Positions 60,761 through 64,000 of a stretch of DNA of 64,000 nucleotides are shown here, piece after piece. The stretch spans positions 3,560 to 67,559 of the forward strand of contig CAZXRC010000001.1 in the NCBI GenBank assembly GCA_964642475.1, given 5' to 3'. The DNA comes from an uncultured Gemmatimonadaceae bacterium (lineage in GTDB: Bacteria > Gemmatimonadota > Gemmatimonadetes > Gemmatimonadales > GWC2-71-9). The notes under the pieces were generated by a model. That model was not told the DNA's origin. It saw only the letters and a program-made list of their open reading frames with translations, and ran no database searches. The position numbers and the translations under genes are program-made. Within the stretch, counting starts at the first letter, position 1, and every line of letters begins with the position of its first letter.

Positions 60761-61588
60761 TCAGATGACATCGGCGAAGGTCCGTTCGGTGCTGCGGAAG
60801 TACCAGATCCCCGTGGCCAGGAGGACCAGCGAGACGGTGGTGGAGATGACGATGCTGGCGGGCTCCAGCCGGTTCTCTCCACCCAGGATGGACCAGCGGA
60901 ATCCGTCGATCACCCCCACCACCGGATTGAGCGCGAAGACCAGGCGGTACTTCTCGGGGACGACATTGCTGGAGAACCCCACCGGGGAGATGTACAGGCC
61001 GAACTGGACCACGAAGGGCAGGATGAAGCGCACGTCCCGATAGCGCACCAGCAGGGCGGAGGTCCAGAGCCCGGCGCCGAAGGACGCCGCCAGGACCAGC
61101 ACCATGAACAGCGGCAGCAGGACCACGGCCGGCGAGGGCACCTGGCTGTACCAGATCATCAGCGCGACCAGGAACGCGAACGAGACCAGGAAGTCGACCA
61201 GGCTGGTCGCGAGGCTGGCCGCGGGAATCAGAAGCCGCGGGAAGAAGACCTTGGAAATCAGGCCCGCGTTCGAAACCAGGCTCTCGCCGCTGGCCGTGAC
61301 CGCCGTGGCGAAGAACTGCCAGGGAAGCAGGCCGCAGAACACCATCAGGGGGTAGGGCACGCCGCCCGAGGGCATCTTGCCGAGCCGGCCGAACACCACC
61401 GTCAGCACCACCATCGTAAGCAGCGGCCGGATCAGAGACCAGGCGACCCCCACGATGGTCTGCTTGTAGCGGACCAGGAGGTCGCGCCAGGCGAGGAAGA
61501 GAAAGAGCTCCCGGTACCGCCACAGGTCCTGCAGGTAGCGCTGGCCCCGGGGGTCGGCCGAGATCACGGTTTCGTCAGAGACCATCAT
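60761..61588 (-). CDS. wzm: ABC-2 type polysaccharide exporter permease (Wzm-like)
   Basis: 275 aa. Strings: LWRYRELFLFLAWRDLLVRYKQT.VGVAWSLIRPLL; six hydrophobic segments. Confidence 0.8.
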   Translation of the reverse strand: MMVSDETVISADPRGQRYLQDLWRYRELFLFLAWRDLLVRYKQTIVGVAWSLIRPLLTMVVLTVVFGRLGKMPSGGVPYPLMVFCGLLPWQFFATAVTASGESLVSNAGLISKVFFPRLLIPAASLATSLVDFLVSFAFLVALMIWYSQVPSPAVVLLPLFMVLVLAASFGAGLWTSALLVRYRDVRFILPFVVQFGLYISPVGFSSNVVPEKYRLVFALNPVVGVIDGFRWSILGGENRLEPASIVISTTVSLVLLATGIWYFRSTERTFADVI

Positions 61589-61636
61589 TGAGCCGTAAGG
61601 GGTGAACGACGGTCGTCGCGTGCGGGGCGGCGGGGT

Positions 61637-63421
61637 TCACGCGGACACCGCACAGGCGGGCTCGGTGCCCGCCGGGGACGGTTCAACCGCGAGCGCCGGT
61701 GGCATGTCCTCGGCCCGCCCCTCGGCCAGCCAGGCGGCCAGGGTTCGCATGTCGGGCGAGCGGAGCCACTGCGCCCGGGTCTGACAATGGATCGTCACTC
61801 TGGGAATGGCCTTTCCGTGGCGCTCGTACTCCAGCGTGGCGCACGAGAGCGTGAGCGGCCGCCAGAAGAGGGTCGCATAGGCGAAGCGCTCCGCCAGCTC
61901 GAGTTGCGCCGGCGTGAGGCGGGGCTGCGTCTCCAGGGTGGCCAGTCGCTCCAGGTACTCTTCGCGGGTGGAGGAATCCACGGTGAAGCCCCGCCGGTCG
62001 TACCGGCCGGTCCCGGCGGTCAGCACCGGGACCCCGAACAGGGCGGCCTCGATACCCACAGTGCCACGCACGGTCACGGCGTAGTCCGCGATCTCGAACA
62101 GCGAGTAGGTGCTCAGATCGGTGTCGGGATGGATCAGGTGCACGTGACCCGGCAACTCTCCGATGGAGTCCCGGAGCACATCGACTTCGCAGGGAGCGCC
62201 CTGATCGCCCACCTGGCGCGCTTTCACCACGTGGGCCGGATGGAGCTTGATCAGCCAGTCGACCCGGTCGTTGGCGCAGGCGGCGCGAACCGTGTCGATC
62301 AGCCAGCGGGTGTAATCGCCGCAGAGATCGTCCCCGTAAAAGAAGGACCCGTCCCACAGAATGTGCGGGAAGATGACCGCCACTTTCCGGTCCGACGTCA
62401 GCCCCAGCTTGGCGCGCGTCTCCCGCTGGGAATGGATCCGTTTCCCGAACTGGGTGCCCACGACGCTGAACCAGTCCTGGTTCTCGTAGCATTCGAACAG
62501 CTCCCGTCGCACCATCTCGCCATGCTCCGGCGCCCAAGGCAGGGAACAGATCCGGCGCCAGGACTCGTCCGATGGACGGAGCGGGTGGTCACGCTCGTTG
62601 CCGGCATGATAGCGCTTGAACACCAGCCGATTGCTCTTGTACCCGAGGTGCCAGGTGACGGCGTCGACCCCGCGGGCGAGCGCCAGGTCGAAGAGCTCAC
62701 CCGAGCCGGAATAACCCCGGTCCATGACCACCACGCACGCCGGCCGGTACCGCTCGAACAACCGGATGCCCACCAGGGTCCGGCGCACACTCTCCTTGAG
62801 GAGGCCCTTCACCTGATCACAGACTTCCGGCGAGGTGAAATCGATCTGCCCCACCCGCAGTCGGCGCATGGTGGAGGCGATCACGAAACGGCCGATGTGA
62901 ACACCCTGGTACTCCAGCGCGAGCCAGTCCTCGACCCGGCGCAGCCGGGCCACCTGGGCCTCGGCCCACGCGTCATCCTGGTCGGGGAAGTCATCGTACT
63001 CCCAGCCGGTCTCGGCACCCGCGAGCCAGCTGTAACGCAGAAAGTCGAAGCGGCGGTTGCGCACCAGGACCACCTTGAAACCCGCCATCTCCAGCGCCTT
63101 CACGACCAGCGTCTCAAGCTTCGCGAAGGGATAGTAGGCCTGGCTGACCAGCAAGGCGGTGCGGGGCTTCCCCGCGGGCAGCAGGTTCGGTTTGAGGCCG
63201 GCTCCCCCCTGCTCGCGATAGAATCGCAGGAAATCCGCCCGGGTCTCCCGGTCGGCCTGCCGGTACTCCGGGTCGATCATCCAGGCTCGGAGATGGCGAA
63301 GCGACTGATACGCCTTCGTGCGCACCCGGCCCTGCCATGCCCGGAGCAGGCCGCCAGGACCGCCGGCCTCGCGAGGGTCAATCAGCATGGGGAGCACTGC
63401 CTTGGTGCACGCGAACTCCAT
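61637..63421 (-). CDS. Capsule-biosynthesis-type protein, putative GT-B-like transferase (KpsC/KpsS/LpsZ-like?)
   Basis: ORF 61637..63574. I place the start at ATG 63421 (or 63388), because a strong -24/-12 element lies inside the 5' part of the track ORF. Strings: VAVIFPHILWDGSFFYG, WLIKLHPAH, VTVRGTVGIEAALFGVPVL. Family assignment is tentative. Confidence 0.4.
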   Translation of the reverse strand: MEFACTKAVLPMLIDPREAGGPGGLLRAWQGRVRTKAYQSLRHLRAWMIDPEYRQADRETRADFLRFYREQGGAGLKPNLLPAGKPRTALLVSQAYYPFAKLETLVVKALEMAGFKVVLVRNRRFDFLRYSWLAGAETGWEYDDFPDQDDAWAEAQVARLRRVEDWLALEYQGVHIGRFVIASTMRRLRVGQIDFTSPEVCDQVKGLLKESVRRTLVGIRLFERYRPACVVVMDRGYSGSGELFDLALARGVDAVTWHLGYKSNRLVFKRYHAGNERDHPLRPSDESWRRICSLPWAPEHGEMVRRELFECYENQDWFSVVGTQFGKRIHSQRETRAKLGLTSDRKVAVIFPHILWDGSFFYGDDLCGDYTRWLIDTVRAACANDRVDWLIKLHPAHVVKARQVGDQGAPCEVDVLRDSIGELPGHVHLIHPDTDLSTYSLFEIADYAVTVRGTVGIEAALFGVPVLTAGTGRYDRRGFTVDSSTREEYLERLATLETQPRLTPAQLELAERFAYATLFWRPLTLSCATLEYERHGKAIPRVTIHCQTRAQWLRSPDMRTLAAWLAEGRAEDMPPALAVEPSPAGTEPACAVSA

Positions 63422-63510
63422 TGCGGGACGCGACGAACTGGCACTGTGAGGTGACACCCTCGGCCGGAGGCTCCTGCCAAACTCGGGTCGAGGTGCAAGT
63501 CGCAAGTTAA

Positions 63511-63526
63511 AGCAGCCCTCGTGCCA
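63511..63526 (-). promoter_or_regulatory. Candidate sigma-54 (-24/-12) promoter of the capsule-protein/wzm/wzt/neuBC operon
   Basis: Minus strand reads TGGCACgagggCTGCT (10 of 11 consensus positions), about 90 nt upstream of ATG 63421. This is the best match in the window. Confidence 0.5.
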
Positions 63527-63665
63527 ACCAGCCGACCGCAGGCGGGGACAGGCCGAGCCACTCGGCTGTGGCATCCGCGCGACATGATGACGTGGGGCCG
63601 CCTCGCTTGTGGCGGTACCGCGTCAAGATAGCACCGAAACTGGTTGGGTTTGAGCCGCAGACGGG

Positions 63666-64000
63666 CTACGGGATGCCGCGCACGGCGAGCTGGTCGAGCA
63701 GGTCCAGAATCTGGTGACCCGCTCGCTCCCGGGAGAAGAGCCCGCGCGCGTCGAGCGGCGCCGAGAACTCCCGGGCGCGCCAGCGGCGGAAGGCCCGATC
63801 CAGGGCCGCGTCGATGGCGGCGGGGTCGGCGGCGGAACAGACCGGGAATCCGACCTGGGCCGCAGCATCCCCCAGGGCGCTCTCGGGGCGGCCTATAAGG
63901 AGGAGGTCGCCGTAGTTCTGCACCGAATCGTAGAATTTGGTAGGCACCCGGAGCGGGCCGGGAGTATCGAACACGATCTGGACCGCGGCCCGTTCCTGCC
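63666..64000 (-). CDS. Hypothetical protein, C-terminal fragment (gene continues beyond the right edge)
   Basis: Track ORF 63666..63974 stays open upstream to the window end (own translation ...QERAAVQIVFDTPGPLRVPTKFYDS...). No motif recognised; its context suggests another glycan-locus enzyme. Confidence 0.3.
   Translation of the reverse strand, partial: QERAAVQIVFDTPGPLRVPTKFYDSVQNYGDLLLIGRPESALGDAAAQVGFPVCSAADPAAIDAALDRAFRRWRAREFSAPLDARGLFSRERAGHQILDLLDQLAVRGIP

Noticed and set aside
1-64000. CRISPR arrays, transposases, integrases, phage genes, toxin-antitoxin or known defence-system genes.
   Set aside because: No regularly spaced repeats and no ORF with recognisable transposase, integrase, Cas, restriction or abortive-infection motifs was seen. 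The NYN protein has the common LabA/LOTUS housekeeping-type architecture and no defence-type partners.

Overview
Very GC-rich (by eye well above 65% G+C, with codon third positions almost all G/C), densely coding bacterial chromosomal window. I recognised no rRNA, tRNA, CRISPR array, transposase or integrase. Many long ORFs in the track are off-frame or antisense shadows, which is typical of high-GC DNA. Several real genes start well inside their track ORF, often at ATGA/GTGA 4-nt overlaps with the upstream stop codon.

Layout:
(1) 1-20.1 kb is housekeeping. It holds an ECF sigma fragment, a selenium-binding-protein-like lipoprotein, ruvX-mltG, thiE, aroH-rlmI, a LysR regulator, fdhD divergent from mobB-fdsG-fdsB-fdsA-fdsD (NAD-dependent formate dehydrogenase), an NTF2-like secreted protein, tdh-kbl, an outer-membrane beta-barrel, mpg and a NYN/LOTUS protein.
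(2) An 856-bp non-coding gap follows.
(3) 21.0-64.0 kb, continuing past the right edge, is one large surface-glycan island. It contains:
- an AsnB-like amidotransferase;
- an internally duplicated Cys-containing unknown protein;
- a neuA-containing five-gene operon with unusual redox and TPP enzymes;
- a soluble histidine kinase plus a sigma-54-dependent response regulator;
- a BY-kinase/Wza/PHPT set with GT2, GT4 and SGNH genes;
- a REC-degenerate-GGDEF protein;
- lhgO;
- an SGNH-like/FkbH-like/ACP/MBOAT operon;
- a cytochrome-c-fused PQQ dehydrogenase;
- a CDP-hexose operon (rfbF, SDR, DUF4910, 3,5-epimerase, C-methyltransferase, PIG-L);
- a GT2, neuC, neuB, wzt and wzm;
- a capsule-type protein.

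Most interesting hypotheses:
(a) 43.1-47.9 kb looks like a Dlt-analogous, carrier-protein-dependent extracytoplasmic acylation system whose loader is an FkbH-type enzyme instead of an adenylating enzyme.
(b) A set of -24/-12 (sigma-54-type) promoter-like elements sits upstream of at least five operons of the island, on the correct strand, next to an NtrC-family activator.
(c) A nonulosonic-acid pathway is split over two sites and coupled to TPP, 2-hydroxyacid-dehydrogenase, SDR and Gfo/Idh/MocA enzymes.

All functional calls come from reading motifs by eye; no database search was possible.
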